Positions 12,626 through 24,982 are shown, numbered from the stretch's first letter. The stretch: DNA of 64,000 bases from Chiloscyllium plagiosum (GCF_004010195.1 NC_057718.1:99782996-99846995), one strand, 5' to 3'. The notes: generated by a model from the sequence alone, not told the origin. Numbers and translations are program-made.

Positions 12626-13024
12626 TTTTACTGAAGATTAGATTGTTTAAATTTAATACTAAGCAACTAATTAAATTAAACAACTATTTAAAATGATTTG
12701 GTGAGTGTGGTGGGGGTGGGTGGCCCACTTTGCCCAAGTCTTGGGAGGAGCACTGAAGACTCAGACTTGCTGGGTCGCTGCCATCTTGGATCTCCTGTAT
12801 CTCTGCCCTTTCACCTTAAACCTATGCTGTCTAGTTCTTGACTCCTTCACCCTGGGGAAATGCTGTCTGCTATCTATCTTGTCTTTCATAATTTTACAGA
12901 CGTCTATAAAGGTCACCCCTCAGACTTCTACACTTCAGGAAAAGAATTCCCAGCCTATCCAACCTCCTTATAACTCAAACCTTCCAGTCCAGATAGCATC
13001 CTCGTAAATATTTCCAGCAAATGC

Positions 13025-13370
13025 AAAATGCACCAAAGGTGGTGCGGTTATAGTCTGACATATTAACTTCTCATTGCAGAGGCTGAGTGCCAGCTCTCAG
13101 ATACCTCCTCCTATCTCCCCTTGGACTATGACACCCACCAGGCCATTGTATCCACAATGATCAGTAATCTACTTTCATCTGGTGATCTCTACTCCACTGC
13201 CTCCAACATCGTAGTCTCACAACTCTGCACAGCCAGCTTCTATCTCCTTTCCAAATCCATAAACAGGGCTTCTTGGGCAGACCCATTGTTTCTGCCTGAT
13301 CCTACCCCCCAAAATTAATCTCTTATTTCAATTCTTTTTCCGATATATCAATGACAATCTCAATATGCCT
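13025..13370 (+). mobile_element. Penelope-like element RT N-terminal fragment, decayed
   Basis: KGGAV.V, AE..QLSDTSSY, QAIVSTMISNLLSSGDL, FYLL.KIHK and GRPIVS pieces resemble the PLE RT N-terminus. Confidence 0.7.
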
Positions 13371-13976
13371 TTTATAAGTTGCTCTTTCATGGGAATTGGG
13401 CACCCTAGGCAAGTTCAGCATTTGTTGTCCATCCCCATTTGCCCTAGAATTGAGTGGCTTGAAAGGGACATTGCAGAAGGTAGTTGAAGAGCCCATCACA
13501 TTTCTGTGGGTCAGGAGTCACCTGTAGACCAGTCCGAGTAAAGATAGCAAATTTCCTTCCTGATAAGGACACTGGTGAACCAGATGGGTTTTTTAACTAC
13601 AGTTGATAAGAGTTGACGTGTCACGGAGACTAGTTTTCAATTCCAGATTTCTGTTAATTACATTTAATTTCCACCAGCTACCAAGATGGGGTTTGAGTCT
13701 ATGTCTCCCGAGCTTTAGGCCCGAGGCCTATGAATTATTTGTTCAATGACAGTGAGGAGCAGGTGGTTTCGGAGCGTCAGAGTCCTGAAGAACCAGCAGG
13801 TTGTGCTGTAGTCTTGTCTTTCCTGGAGAAAGAGCCCCAAATGGGACTTCCCTAATTAGTTTTGACCTTTTAGTTTTGGTATCATTTCATAGGTACATCA
13901 TCTCATATTGAGCTGTCCAAAAGCCAGAGCTTTCGCCACACTGGACATTTCTCCAGTGTACCATTATAATTGAGTT

Positions 13977-14607
13977 CAAAGTTTGGGTGAAGATTTGTAG
14001 CTCGGGTGCTCGTTGTTGTGGTTCTGTTCGCCGAGCTGGAAACTTTTGTTGCAAACCTTTCGTCCCCTATCTCAGTGACATCCTCAGTGCTTGGGAACCT
14101 CCTGTGAAGCGCTTTTGTGGTGTTTCCTCCGGCATTTATAGTGGCCTGTCCCTGCCGCTTCCGGTTGTCAGTTTCAGCTGTCCGCTGTAGTGGCCGGTAT
14201 ATTGGGTCCAGGTCGATGTGTTTGTTGATGGAGTTTGTGGATGAGTGCCATGCTTCTAGGAATTCCCTGGCTGTTCTTTGTTTGGCTTGCCCTATAATGA
14301 TAGTATTATCCCAGTCGAATTCATGTTGCTTGTCGTCTGCGTGTGTGCACGCAGGGAATTCCTAGAAACATGGCACTCATCCACAAACTCCATCAACAAA
14401 CACATCGACCTGGACCCAATATACCGGCCACTACAGCGGACAGCTGAAAATGACAACCGGAAGCAGCAGGGACAGGCCACTATAAATGCCGGAGGAAACA
14501 CCACAGGAGCGCTTCACAGGAGGCTCCCAAGCTCTGAGGATGTCACCTAGACAGGGGACGAAACGCTTGCAACAAAAATTTCCAGCTCGGCGAACAGAAC
14601 CACAACA
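13977..14607. mobile_element. Penelope-like element (Poseidon-type) 3' end as an inverted repeat, with TSD
   Basis: Arms 14014-14269 and 14352-14607 (256 bp each) are reverse complements. They encode the GIY-YIG C-terminus REFLETWHSSTNSINKHIDLDPIYRPLQ. TSD cattataattgagtt at 13962-13976 and 14606-14620. Confidence 0.9.
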
Positions 14608-15024
14608 TTATAATTGAGTTTCTAACCAGGATAATTTGCCTACAATCCACTCATTACAGTGTGGTCCCAGACTGGTAAGCTCCATGGCTGCCTGTGCTCT
14701 GGTCAGTTCTCTGATTGGCCCTTGACCGTGTCCAACCCTGGCTGGACTCAAGCCACCTGAGCTGAAATACAGCAAGATCCAAACTGCAGCCTAGCCTTGC
14801 TCCGAGGTATCAGTTTGGAGACAGTGTATCGTTAGTAAGTCATAATTTACACCTTCTCCAGACCTTGATGTGTTAGCCTTTTTGACAATACTGTCGAGAT
14901 GGAACTGCTCAGAGTATTCCAGGTGTAACTTAATCAAAGTTCCATACAAGTCCAACATAACCTCTCCGTTTATGCATTTTCCAGTGACAAACTGTGAATT
15001 ATTTTGCGTTAAAAATGCAGTTAG

Positions 15025-15570
15025 AGTCACAGAGTCCTACAGCACGGAGACAGGCTCTTTGACCCAAACTGGTCCATGCCGACCAAAATGTCTATCCACA
15101 CTAACCCCATTTCCCTGCACTTGGCCCATATCCTTCTGAACCTTTCCTTTCCATGCATTTGAGGAGAAAGTGAGGACTGCAGATGCTGGAGATCAGAGCT
15201 GAAAATGTGTTGCTGGACGTTTATAAACTTCGACGTTTTGGGCATAAGAAGATTCCTGAAGAAGGGCTTTTGCCCGAAACGTCGATTCTCCTGTTCCTTG
15301 GATGCTGCCTGACCTGCTGCGCTTTTCCAGCAACACATTTTCAGCGCTATCCATGCATTTGTCCAAATGCCTCTTAAATGTTGTTAATGTACCCGCCTCA
15401 ATCACTTCTGCTGGCAGCTCATTCCATATGCGTACCACCCTCTGTGTAAAAACGTTTCCCCTCCGGTTCCCTTTTATTCTTTCCCCTCTAACCTTAACCT
15501 GATGCCCCTCTAGTCCTTGATTCCCAACCCTGGTAAAATGACAGAGTGCATTCACCCTATCCATGCCTCG
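15025..15570 (-). mobile_element. HER1/CR1 3' fragment containing a PLE mini-palindrome
   Basis: FTQRVVRIWNELPAEVIEAGTLTTFKRHLDK in ORF 15193-15651(-). Confidence 0.85.
15161..15347. mobile_element. PLE pLTR mini-palindrome, family A, with hammerhead motif
   Basis: Inverted arms. CTGAAGA-A-GGGC-TTTT-GCCC-GAAACGTC at about 15256-15283. TSD tccatgcatttg at 15150-15161 and 15350-15361. Confidence 0.85.
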
Positions 15571-16049
15571 ATCGTTCCCATGATCATTGATTCTACAACA
15601 TCTTGTCATCTGCTGGGAAGGTTTCTTGCTCCATACATTTATTTGTGTCATAAATATCTCCTAAAACAGCATATTTATTGTTTTTACACAATAATTCAGA
15701 GAAAACACATTGAAACCTCAGCAAAGTTACAGAGAAGCAAGGCTGGATTCCTAGAAGTTAAACTAACCAAACTTGGATAAACTCATTTACTTTTATAGGT
15801 AATTTTAAGGTGAGCCCTCCATCTCGCCTACTTAACGCTGCATTGGAGCCTGTCTTAACGATGCCTCATTCAAAACAAAAATAATAGTGGCCCCTTTAAA
15901 TAAGATTCAGCGAATCAGGGAAAAGCTACAACCCAGATGCAGGACATTCAGCCCATCACGGCTGTCCACATGAGCAATTCACCTCGTGTCGTTCTTTATA
16001 TCCCGTAACCCTGCCCTGACTTTCTTTTCAGATGACAGATTCATTCTCT

Positions 16050-17272
16050 GAGGAGTTTTGTGCGCAGTTTTGGTCTCCACATCTGAGGAAGGATGTTCTG
16101 GCAATGGAGGGAGTACAGCAAAGGTTTACCAGACTAATTCCTGGGTTGGCAAGAGTGACACATGAAGAGAGACTGGATCAGTTGGGACTATATTCACTGG
16201 GGTTTAGAAGAATATGGCGAAATCTCATAGAAAACTATAAAATGCTAACCTGACCAGACAGAACAAACACCGGAAGAATCATCCTGATGACCAAGGCATC
16301 CAGAAATAAGGGTCATAGTCTCAGGATAAAATGTAGACCATGGTAGGGCCTTGAGTAGTGTTGAAGAACAGAGAGAACTTGGGGTGCAGGTACATAATTC
16401 TTTGATGTTTGTGTCAGGATGGTTAAAAAGGTGTTGGGCACACTTTCCTTCATTGCTCAGTCCTTTGAGTATAGAAGTTGGAAAGCCATGTTAAGGTTGT
16501 ACAGGAAATTGGTGAGGCTTCTTCTGGAATACTGTGTCCAGTTCTGGTCACCCAGTTATAGGAAGGATATTATGAAGCTGGAGGGGGTTCAGAAGAGATT
16601 TACCAGGATGTTGCCGGGTATGGAAGGTTTGCATTATAAAGAAAGGTCGGATAGGTTGGGACTTTTTTCCCTGGAGCATACAAAGGTTGAGAGGCAACCT
16701 GATAGAAGTTTATAAAATCAAGAGGGGTATAGATAGGGTTAGTATGAATCACCTTATCCCTAGCATGAGTGATTTCAAGACAAGGGGACACATTTCTAAG
16801 GTGAGAGGAGAGAGATTTTTAAAAAAGACATGAGGGGCAGGTTTTTTACACAGGATGGTTTGCGTGTGGAATGAACTTTCTGAGGAAGTGGTGGATGTGG
16901 GTACAATTGCAGACATTTGGATAAGTACATGAATGGTTGAAAAGCGTGGTGCTGGAAAAGCACAACAGGTGAGGCAGCATCCGAGGAGCAGGAAAAACAG
17001 CATTTCGGGCATAAGCCCCAACATTCCTGATGAAGGACTTGTGCCCGAAACATCGATTCTCCTGCTCTTGGATGCTGCCTGACCTGCTGTGCTTTCCAAT
17101 GCCACACTTTTCGACTCTGACTCTCCAATATCTGCAGTCCTCACTTTCTCCGATGTAAATGACTAGGAAAGATTTAGAGGGATATGGGCCAGGAGCAGGC
17201 AGGTGGGACTAGTTTAGTTTGGAATTATGTTCGGCATGGACTGAAGGGTCTGTTTCTGTGCTATATGACTCT
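16050..17272 (+). mobile_element. Two adjacent CR1/HER1 3' fragments; the second contains a PLE mini-palindrome at 16936-17151
   Basis: CAQFWSPHLRKD..EGVQQRFTRLIPGL and LLEYCVQFWSPSYRKDIMKLEGVQKRFTRMLPG. The tail ends near 17272. Confidence 0.85.
16936..17151. mobile_element. PLE pLTR mini-palindrome, family A
   Basis: Inverted arms. CTGATGA core at 17027-17033 followed by a stem and GAAA. Ends in ctcactttctcc. Confidence 0.8.
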
Positions 17273-17496
17273 GTGAGGAGACATTTTGTCATCCAGTGAG
17301 TATTGATCCTGGTAAGCACTCTGCCACAGGAAGTGGTTGAGACCAAAAGATTGAATCCTTTAAAGAAGATGTGAAATATAGTTCTGAGGGCTAAAGGGAT
17401 CAAGAGAGAATACAGAACCAGAAGACTGTTTTGGATGATCATATTGAATGGGGGGCAGGCTCAAAGGGTTGAATGGCCTCCTCCAGCTCCTACTTC

Positions 17497-17789
17497 TAGA
17501 TTAGATTACTTACAGTGTGGAAACAGGCCCTTCAGCCCAACAAGTCCACACCGACCCACCGAAGTGCAACACACCCATTCCCCTACATTTACCCCTTTTC
17601 CTAACACTACGGGCAATTTAGCATGGCCAATTCACCTGGCCTGTACATCTTTGGACTGTGGGAGGAAACTGGAGGAAACCCACGCAGACACGGGGAGAAT
17701 GCGCAAATTTCACACAGTCGCCTGATTCAGGAATTGAACCGGGGTCTCTGGTGCTGTGAGGCAGCAGTGCTAACCACTGTGCCACCGTG
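17497..17789 (-). mobile_element. HE1-type tRNA-derived V-SINE
   Basis: Reverse complement shows A-box tggcacagtgg, B-box ggttcaattcc, the V-domain tttgcgcattctccccgtgtctgcgtgggtttcctcc, and an (AATCT)n tail. Confidence 0.9.
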
Positions 17790-19867
17790 ACTTTCAATGT
17801 TTCTACGTCTTAGGTGTAAATCTACATTCAACCTGTTAATGAGCAGCTCTGGTCACTCACTTCCACATGTCAACATTGGCATCCACAACGACTTGTGAGT
17901 TATCCCCCTCAGAAGATCCAATAGCCTTCTGAAAGTGTTGAAATATAATGGGCTAGATTTTGTAACAGAAATATTGGTGAGTCTAAATTGGACAGCAATT
18001 TCCAGCAGCTGTGCCCTATTAAACATAGAAATCGAAAGGTTTCTGTCTAATATACACTGTTTAACAGCTTTAAATTGAGGGGTGTTAGATATAGGACAAT
18101 GTCAGAGGGAGTTTCTTTACTCAGAGTAGTAGGGGCGTGGAATGCTCTGCCTGCAACAGTACTGGACTCGCCAACTTAAAGGGCATTTAAATGGTCATTG
18201 GATAAACATATGGATCCAAATGGAATAGTGTAGGTTAGATGGACTTCAGATTGATTTTACAGGTCGGCACAACATTGAGGGCCGAAGGGCCTGTACTGCG
18301 CTGTAATCTTCTATGTTCTATATCCATCAGCTTCGCAGTAAAGATCTATCACTGACAGATTCAGCATTCCGATGATGGGTCTGACATTCCTGTAATTAAT
18401 CCATGAGATGCCCATTCAATAGGCCAGAAATTATTAAGGGTTATTCATTCACTTGTAAGCTTTTTAACAAGAGTGGCTTTTAATAATCACTTCCAAACAG
18501 CCTGACACTCTAAATTAACTCTAACAAATGTTGCTTCTTATTCTTTCAGATGTTAGTTATTGTCAGAGATTTAACAAATTGGCAATAATTGAACAACACT
18601 TCCTGTTTGACTCCTCCTCTTCCTTTCTGTCACACAATCTAATCTTTCGTTGTCACGCACTTTATTTTGCTTTCTGTGCCCAAATTGATTTTCATTTCAA
18701 TGTTCCAGCCATCTCATGTCAGTTCAGACTCTGCACTGCTCTTGAATGGTTTTTCAATCTGGTTGTGTATGGAGCTGCGATGTTTGTCCAGCCAGCTCCC
18801 AGTTGTACTGCTGCTGTGGGACTTCCTGTTCCAAAAACTCACCTCAGCCCCAACAACACATACGCAAAAGTGCACAGGTGATTGGAGGTGTTTAGTTCAT
18901 TGACCACCCACAGCCCTGTCATGGTAAACGGTAAAATAGTGCAGCAAATGAGAATGGTATCCTAGCCTCTGGTGCATACTTCAGAAAGCCCTGCATCCTT
19001 ACCCATTTGGTATCGGTAACATGAACTAATACCAAGAAGGATTGGTGGCAGTGATTCTCCCCTAGGTGTTCCCTGTAGTTCCAGTAAATGATCACAACAA
19101 TGTAAAGCGCTCTGAGCAACTGTACCCTCAAACCAATTATCATCCTAGCTCTCCCGGACTCAGGCGTCATTTTCTGTGTTTGAAATGTCCGCAGAGCAAC
19201 AAGCACATTAACCAGAAATGTAGTTACACATTCTGAATTCCTAGAAGCAAGAACATTGTTCAGAGAAAAAAAAATCTCATTTATGACTCCATGCTCTGGC
19301 TATAACCTGTCATTTTAATCTAATTTATTTTTACGGCTCAAACTTTTCATTATGAAGTGTCAGCCTATTCTGGACTGAAAACAAATTAATGTTGCAAATT
19401 CAAAAGACTTTAATCATGCAGCCGCAAGCAGAACGTGCTCCAATTCTCAGACCCAATTTCACATTACAATCCATGGCTTTTATTCAAAACCTTTGTTATT
19501 TTTATTCTAATAGGGAGATAATGTATTAAAGCTCCCTGTCGATGACCACATTTGATTCCTGCATGTGCTGTGATATTCAGAAGTTCTTTGCAACACTGAG
19601 TGTATGCGCACAGCCGTAAACCTTTTGAGATTTTCAGCTGCCCCTACACCCTAAACTCTGGGTCCTGGATGCACCCCCAGGCATTAATGACCGAGGAAGG
19701 TGCACTTGTAATGTTGGCAAACAGGTCACGCATTAACCTGCAAATCCTTCCCATGCACACTTTCCCATTCCCGCTTAAGAGCAGGAGAAATTCCAGGTTA
19801 GCCATATGAAGGAATGAATACTGGAGCCTTTACTGTCACTGACCATGGCCCTAAACATGTCTGTAAA

Positions 19868-20367
19868 NNNNNNNNNNNNNNNNNNNNNNNNNNNNNNNNN
19901 NNNNNNNNNNNNNNNNNNNNNNNNNNNNNNNNNNNNNNNNNNNNNNNNNNNNNNNNNNNNNNNNNNNNNNNNNNNNNNNNNNNNNNNNNNNNNNNNNNNN
20001 NNNNNNNNNNNNNNNNNNNNNNNNNNNNNNNNNNNNNNNNNNNNNNNNNNNNNNNNNNNNNNNNNNNNNNNNNNNNNNNNNNNNNNNNNNNNNNNNNNNN
20101 NNNNNNNNNNNNNNNNNNNNNNNNNNNNNNNNNNNNNNNNNNNNNNNNNNNNNNNNNNNNNNNNNNNNNNNNNNNNNNNNNNNNNNNNNNNNNNNNNNNN
20201 NNNNNNNNNNNNNNNNNNNNNNNNNNNNNNNNNNNNNNNNNNNNNNNNNNNNNNNNNNNNNNNNNNNNNNNNNNNNNNNNNNNNNNNNNNNNNNNNNNNN
20301 NNNNNNNNNNNNNNNNNNNNNNNNNNNNNNNNNNNNNNNNNNNNNNNNNNNNNNNNNNNNNNNNNNN
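19868..20367. other. Assembly gap, 500 N
   Basis: A run of exactly 500 N, which suggests a fixed-size scaffolding join. Confidence 0.99.
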
Positions 20368-20409
20368 CTGACAGGAGCAAACATCTTTTTACACAACGAG
20401 TTGTCTTCC

Positions 20410-20770
20410 AGTTCTGAGGAAGGGTCACCAGACCCGAAATGTTAACTCTGATCTCTCTCCACAGCTGCTGCCAGACCTACTGAGCATTTCCAGCAACATC
20501 TATAGACAATAGACAATAGGTGCAGGAGTAGGCCATCCTGCCCTTCGAGCCTGCACCACCATTCATTATGATCATGGCTGATCATCCTCAATCAGTGTCC
20601 TGTTCCTGCCTTATCTCCATAACCCTTTGATTCCACTATTCTTGAGAGCTCTATCCAACTCTTTCTTAAACTAATGCAGAGACTGGGCCTCTACTGCCCT
20701 CTGGGGCAGAGCATTCCACACACATGAAGGTTTTTGTTTCTGATTTACAGTGTCCGCAGTTCTTTCAGTA
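20410..20770 (+). mobile_element. PLE pLTR family B fragment with hammerhead motif, split by a CR1 fragment (about 20503-20722, minus)
   Basis: AGTT-CTGAGGA-A-GGGTC-ACCA-GACCC-GAAA-TG-TT-AACT at 20410-20447. The pLTR tail resumes at about 20730 (tttctgatttacagtgtccgcagttctt). Confidence 0.75.
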
Positions 20771-20825
20771 TTGTATTGAGTTGTATCAGCAGTATACAGC
20801 CTGGATGGGCAGGTGGGATACAATG

Positions 20826-21049
20826 GCTGAAAATATGTTGCTGGAAAAGCGCAGCAGGTCAGGCAGCATCCAGGGAACAGGGGAATCGACGTTTCGGGCA
20901 TAAGCCCTTCTTCAGGAATGGCTGAAGAAGGGCTTATGCCCGAAACGTCGATTCTCCTGTTTCCTGGATGCTGCCTGACCTGCTGCGCTTTTCCAGCAAC
21001 ACATTTTCAGCTCTGATCTCCAGCATCTGCAGACCTCACTTTCTCCTCA
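20826..21049. mobile_element. PLE pLTR mini-palindrome, family A, with two opposed hammerhead cores
   Basis: Arms about 20826-20915 and 20922-21012. Core CTGAAGA-A-GGGC-TTAT-GCCC-GAAACGTC at 20922-20949, mirrored on the minus strand. TSD gggatacaatrgctg at 20815-20829 and 21050-21064. Confidence 0.9.
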
Positions 21050-22189
21050 GGGATACAATAGCTGTCAAGATCAATTTGGAAAGGTTCTTGAAGGATATTA
21101 ACAGATGGGGGTACAGGGGAAGGAACAGAGTGAGTGGGATTAATCGATTAGCTCGACCAAAGAGGGGCTGAATGGACTCCTACTGCATTGCTTGATTCTC
21201 CAATTAAAAGACAAGATTAAAAACTCCAAATTTAACCATGAGCAAGGTATGGGATTTAGCTTGGTGCAGTTGGCAGATACCAGCAGGAGAGTGTTTGGTA
21301 GCTCAGTCACCTCCTACAGAGCGGACAGCAACTTGTGCCTGACAGTTTTTGATAACCCTGACAGTAATTGACAGAAATAAGACCCTGCTTGCAACAGTGA
21401 ACTGACCTATCTCGCAAAATATTGGCACCATCCCATCAGAGGGGTAAACGGAAGTTTCATTCCAGCGACGTCGCTGAAGTAGCACAACTTCTTCTGCGTA
21501 ATGGGCCCATCACAGGGAACACGCATTAATCGCTGAGTAAATAGGAATTCAGGGACCACACCTGATTCAATATAATGTTATCGCTGAGTGGTGTGAGGCA
21601 AAGTCAAGTGTAAATCTGGCTATACAGCCAAAGCTTACCAGTAGCACACACTCCATCGACACTCAAGCCACTTTTAAGGACAACAAGTGCAGCTTGCATT
21701 TATAAAGCACCTTTAACATGGCAAAACACACCCGGGGCTTCACAGGATCATTTTTAGACACAGTTTGGTACTGAATGAAGGTCAGAAGGCAGACAGGTCA
21801 AAAATCTAATTGAAGAGGTCAATCTTGCAAAAGCTTTTTAAAGGGGGTGACAGTTTTCGGGGTTGAATTTTGGAGCTGAGAGACATTGAACTGAGGGCAA
21901 AGCTGCCAGTGCTGAGGTGACTAAAATCACTACAGGGGGACAACACTTAAGGACCATGGATACACGGGAGAACTGGATAATGTCAGAAGGGATAAGGTCT
22001 TGCAGGTACATGGAGCGATTAGGAAACAAAGATGGGGTTTCTAAAATGATGGCACTGCTGGACCGGGAGTTAATATAGATCAGTGAAAACAGAGGTGATT
22101 GGCAGAGAACGTCTTTGGGGACTTGATAAATTAGATGCAGAAAAATCTTTCTCCTTGTGTGAGAGTCTGGGACCAGAGGCATCATGTAT

Positions 22190-23190
22190 TGATTGATTGA
22201 TTGTTTGATTGTCACATGTACTGAAGTACAGTGAAAAGCTTTGTTCATGAGCAATCCAGGCAGATCCTAGTAAGCAAGAACGAACAGATCAGAGAGACTT
22301 AGACAGAGGTATACAGGTTACATTGCACAGGCAACACCTAGGGGAGATCAGTGTTAGCAAGATCATTGTTTGAGGCTCGAGGGTCCATTCATCAGTCTAA
22401 TAACAGCTGGGAAGAAGCTGTTCCTGAACCTGTAGGTGCGTGTGTTCAGGCTTCTATACCTTCTGCCTGATGGAAGAGGTTGTAGGAGATGATTACCAGG
22501 GTGTGAGGGTCTTTGATGATGTTGGCAGCTTTTCTGTGGCAGTGAGCCGTGTAAATGGAGTCCATGGATGGGAGGTTGGCTCCTGTGATGGTCTGGGCTG
22601 TGAACATCACCCTCTCTAGTTTCTCACAGTCCAGGCCAGAATAGTTGCCGTATCAGGCCATAATACACCCGGACAGTATGCTCTCAGTGGTGCAGCTGTA
22701 GAAGTTGGTGAGGGCCCTTGTGGACATGCTGAATTTCCTGAGCTGCCTGAGGAAGAAGTGGCAATGTTGTGCCTTCCCGACCGTCACATCTACGTGGGAA
22801 GGCCAGGACAGGTTGTCGGTTATCGTCACTCCGAGGAACTTGACGCTCTCCACTCTCTCCACCTCCACTCCTTTAATGTAGCTGGGGACATGTCCTCCTC
22901 CTTTCTTTCTGAAGTCAATGATCAGCTCTTTAGTTTTGCCGATGTTGAGAGAGAGGTTGTTCTCATTGCATCACGTTACCAAGCCTTCTATATCCCTTCT
23001 GTATCTAACAACTCATCGTTGTTAGATATCTGGGATTAGTGGTGCTGGAAGAGCACAGCAGTTCAGGCAGCATCCAAGGAGCAGCGAAATTGACGTTTCG
23101 GCGTTGTTAGATATCCGTCCTATTACAGTGGGGTCAGCAGCGAACTTGTAGATGGCGTACATTCGGAATTTGGCAACACAGTCGTGGGTG
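22190..23190 (-). mobile_element. Rex1/Babar-type LINE 3' fragment
   Basis: ERVESVKFLGVTITDNLSW..KAQ..FFLRQLRKFSMS..LTNFY.CT.ESILSGCI in ORF 22653-22868(-). YKFAAD is an RT remnant near 23140. (TTGA)n tail at about 22188-22210. Confidence 0.8.
23031..23101 (-). mobile_element. 71-bp PLE pLTR family A fragment with a perfect 14-bp TSD
   Basis: cgttgttagatatc at 23017-23030 and 23102-23115 flanks the pLTR sequence. Confidence 0.85.
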
Positions 23191-23603
23191 TCCATTTGAA
23201 TAGGAGGTTGCCCTTGTAAGACAGAGATGAGGAGGAATTTCTTCTGAGAGAGGGTGGTGAATCTGTCGAATCTGTGCAGAGCCTGGACCATTAAGTGTAT
23301 TCAAGGCTGATGTTAATCAGGAAGAGATTACATTAGATCCCCTACAGCGTGGAAATAGGCCCTTCGGCCCAACAAGTCCACACCAAGAGAATCAAGGATT
23401 GTGGGAAGAGGGCAGGAAAGTGGAGCTGAGAGTTTTCAGATCAGCCGCGATTTCAGTGAATAGTGGAGCAGACTCGATGGGCTGAATGGCCTACTGTTTG
23501 GACTAGGCCAGACCACTCAAAACATTCTTAAGCAGGCAACCTCAGACCATAACTTTGCAATTCGTTTTGGTAAGTGTACAGTGAAAATTACCCGGTGTAA
23601 GAT

Positions 23604-24340
23604 CAAAAGAGAAAATGCTGGAAAATCTCAGCAGGTCTGGCAGCAGCTGTAAGGAGAGAAAAGAGCTGACATTTCGAGTCTAACTGACTCTTTGTCAAAG
23701 CTAAAAAAAAGGGAGAAATAGGGAGGTATTTATACGAGGCTGAGAGCAGGTGAGTCCTGGCTCCAGAAGCAAAGGTAATAATAAAGAGGTGATAATGACA
23801 GTGCACAGAGAGATTATAGGGAGATTAGGAGCTGTGAATGACCAAGGCTGAAGCCAGGGCTATGTGACAAAATATGTGGGGGATGGGAGGGAATGGGTGA
23901 AGCAGAGGCAAAATAGAAAACAGGGGAGAAGGGTAGCAAAGGGGAAAGAGGAGAGAAAAAGGGTAATGAGAGAGCGGGGAATGAGAGAAAGAGAGACAAT
24001 CAAGAAATAAGAGGTACAGAACAGTGAAAAAGCATATTAAAAAAAGGATAAATAAAATAAATGAAATAAAATTACAGAGCAGAATGAAAACAGAGGGGTC
24101 GAGATGGGATAATCATCTGAAGTTGTTGAATTCAATGTTGAGACTGGCAGGCTGTAACGGGCCTAGTCGGAAGATGAGATGCTGTTCCTCCAGTTTGCGT
24201 TGAGCTTCACTGGAACATTGCAGCAGGCCAAGGACAGACATGTGGGTATGGGAGCAGCATTGGGTGTTGAAGTGGCAAGCCACGGGAAGGACTGGGACCT
24301 GATTGCGTACAGACCGAAGGTGCTCAGCAAAGCGATCACC
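23604..24340 (-). mobile_element. Penelope-like element (Neptune-type) 3' end: GIY-YIG C-terminus, pyrimidine-rich UTR and pLTR
   Basis: ORF 24113-24388(-): DRFAEHLRSVR...PVACHFN...HMSVLGLLQC...RKLEEQHLIFRLG.LQP..LNIEFNNFR. Hammerhead-like motif at 23664-23702. Confidence 0.9.
23664..23702 (-). ncRNA. Minimal hammerhead-ribozyme motif with U3-A8 core variant (PLE family D)
   Basis: Minus strand reads AGCU-UUGACAA-A-GAGUC-AGUUA-GACUC-GAAA-UG-UC-AGCU, with perfect stems I and II. Confidence 0.65.
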
Positions 24341-24660
24341 AGAGACGGGCAATAAATACTGGCCCAGCCAGCAATGCTCACATCCCATGAATAAATTTGT
24401 AATAAGTCAGTGCCGAGTATAGTACAAAGTGTATTTAAACAATGAGCAAGAAATTTCACTTGCTAGAGCCTTAAGAAACATTTAGGCTGTGGGTAAGATT
24501 GTTGAAGCAACAGAGGGAAACCTTGATATCTCAGTTAAAAAATAAATCTCAGTACCACGCAACTAAAACCAAGAGAATGCCTCTTTTCTAACAATCTCAT
24601 CCTTGTTTCATATCAGAAAAACTGGCTCTATGTCACGTTTTCTCAGATAATTTAGAGCCA

Positions 24661-24982
24661 GGCAGCACGGTGGCTCAGTGGTTAGCACTGCTGCCTCACA
24701 GCGCCAGGGAGTGAGGTGACTGTCTGGGTGGAGTTTGCACATTCTCCCCGTGTCTGCGTGGGTTTCCTCCGGGTGTTCCAGTTTCCTTCCACAATCCTAG
24801 GATGTGCAGGTTAGGGTGAGTTGACCATGCTAAATTGCCCCATAGTGTTAGGTTAGGTGTATTAGTCAGGGGAACTGTCGAGCAACAGGGTAGGGGAATG
24901 GGTCTGTGTGGGTTACTCTTCAGAAGGTCAGTGTGGACTTGTTGGGCCAAATGGCCTGTTTCCAAACTGTAGGGATTCTATA
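24661..24982 (+). mobile_element. HE1-type V-SINE (B-box region deleted)
   Basis: ggcagcacggtggctcagtggttagcactgctgcc head, V-domain, and HER1-like tail. Confidence 0.9.

Larger units (their letters stand above)
6767..12795 (-). mobile_element. L1 (LINE-1 clade) retrotransposon, full-length sized (6029 bp), inactivated by frameshifts and stops
   Basis: 17-bp TSD tgtatctctgccctttc at 6750-6766 and 12796-12812. The poly(A) is the T9 at 6767-6775. ORF1 and ORF2 are in L1 order, and the 5' end reads GGAGATCCAAGATGGC. Confidence 0.95.

Noticed and set aside
19775..20428. Long ORFs across the gap
   Set aside because: Artefacts of translating 500 N.
20826..21049. miRNA precursor or DNA-transposon MITE interpretation of the palindromes
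   Set aside because: The arms are unequal, breakpoints vary between copies, TSDs are 10-15 bp of variable sequence, and related hammerhead-bearing tails follow GIY-YIG coding sequence at 13977-14607 and 23604-24340. All of this favours a Penelope origin.
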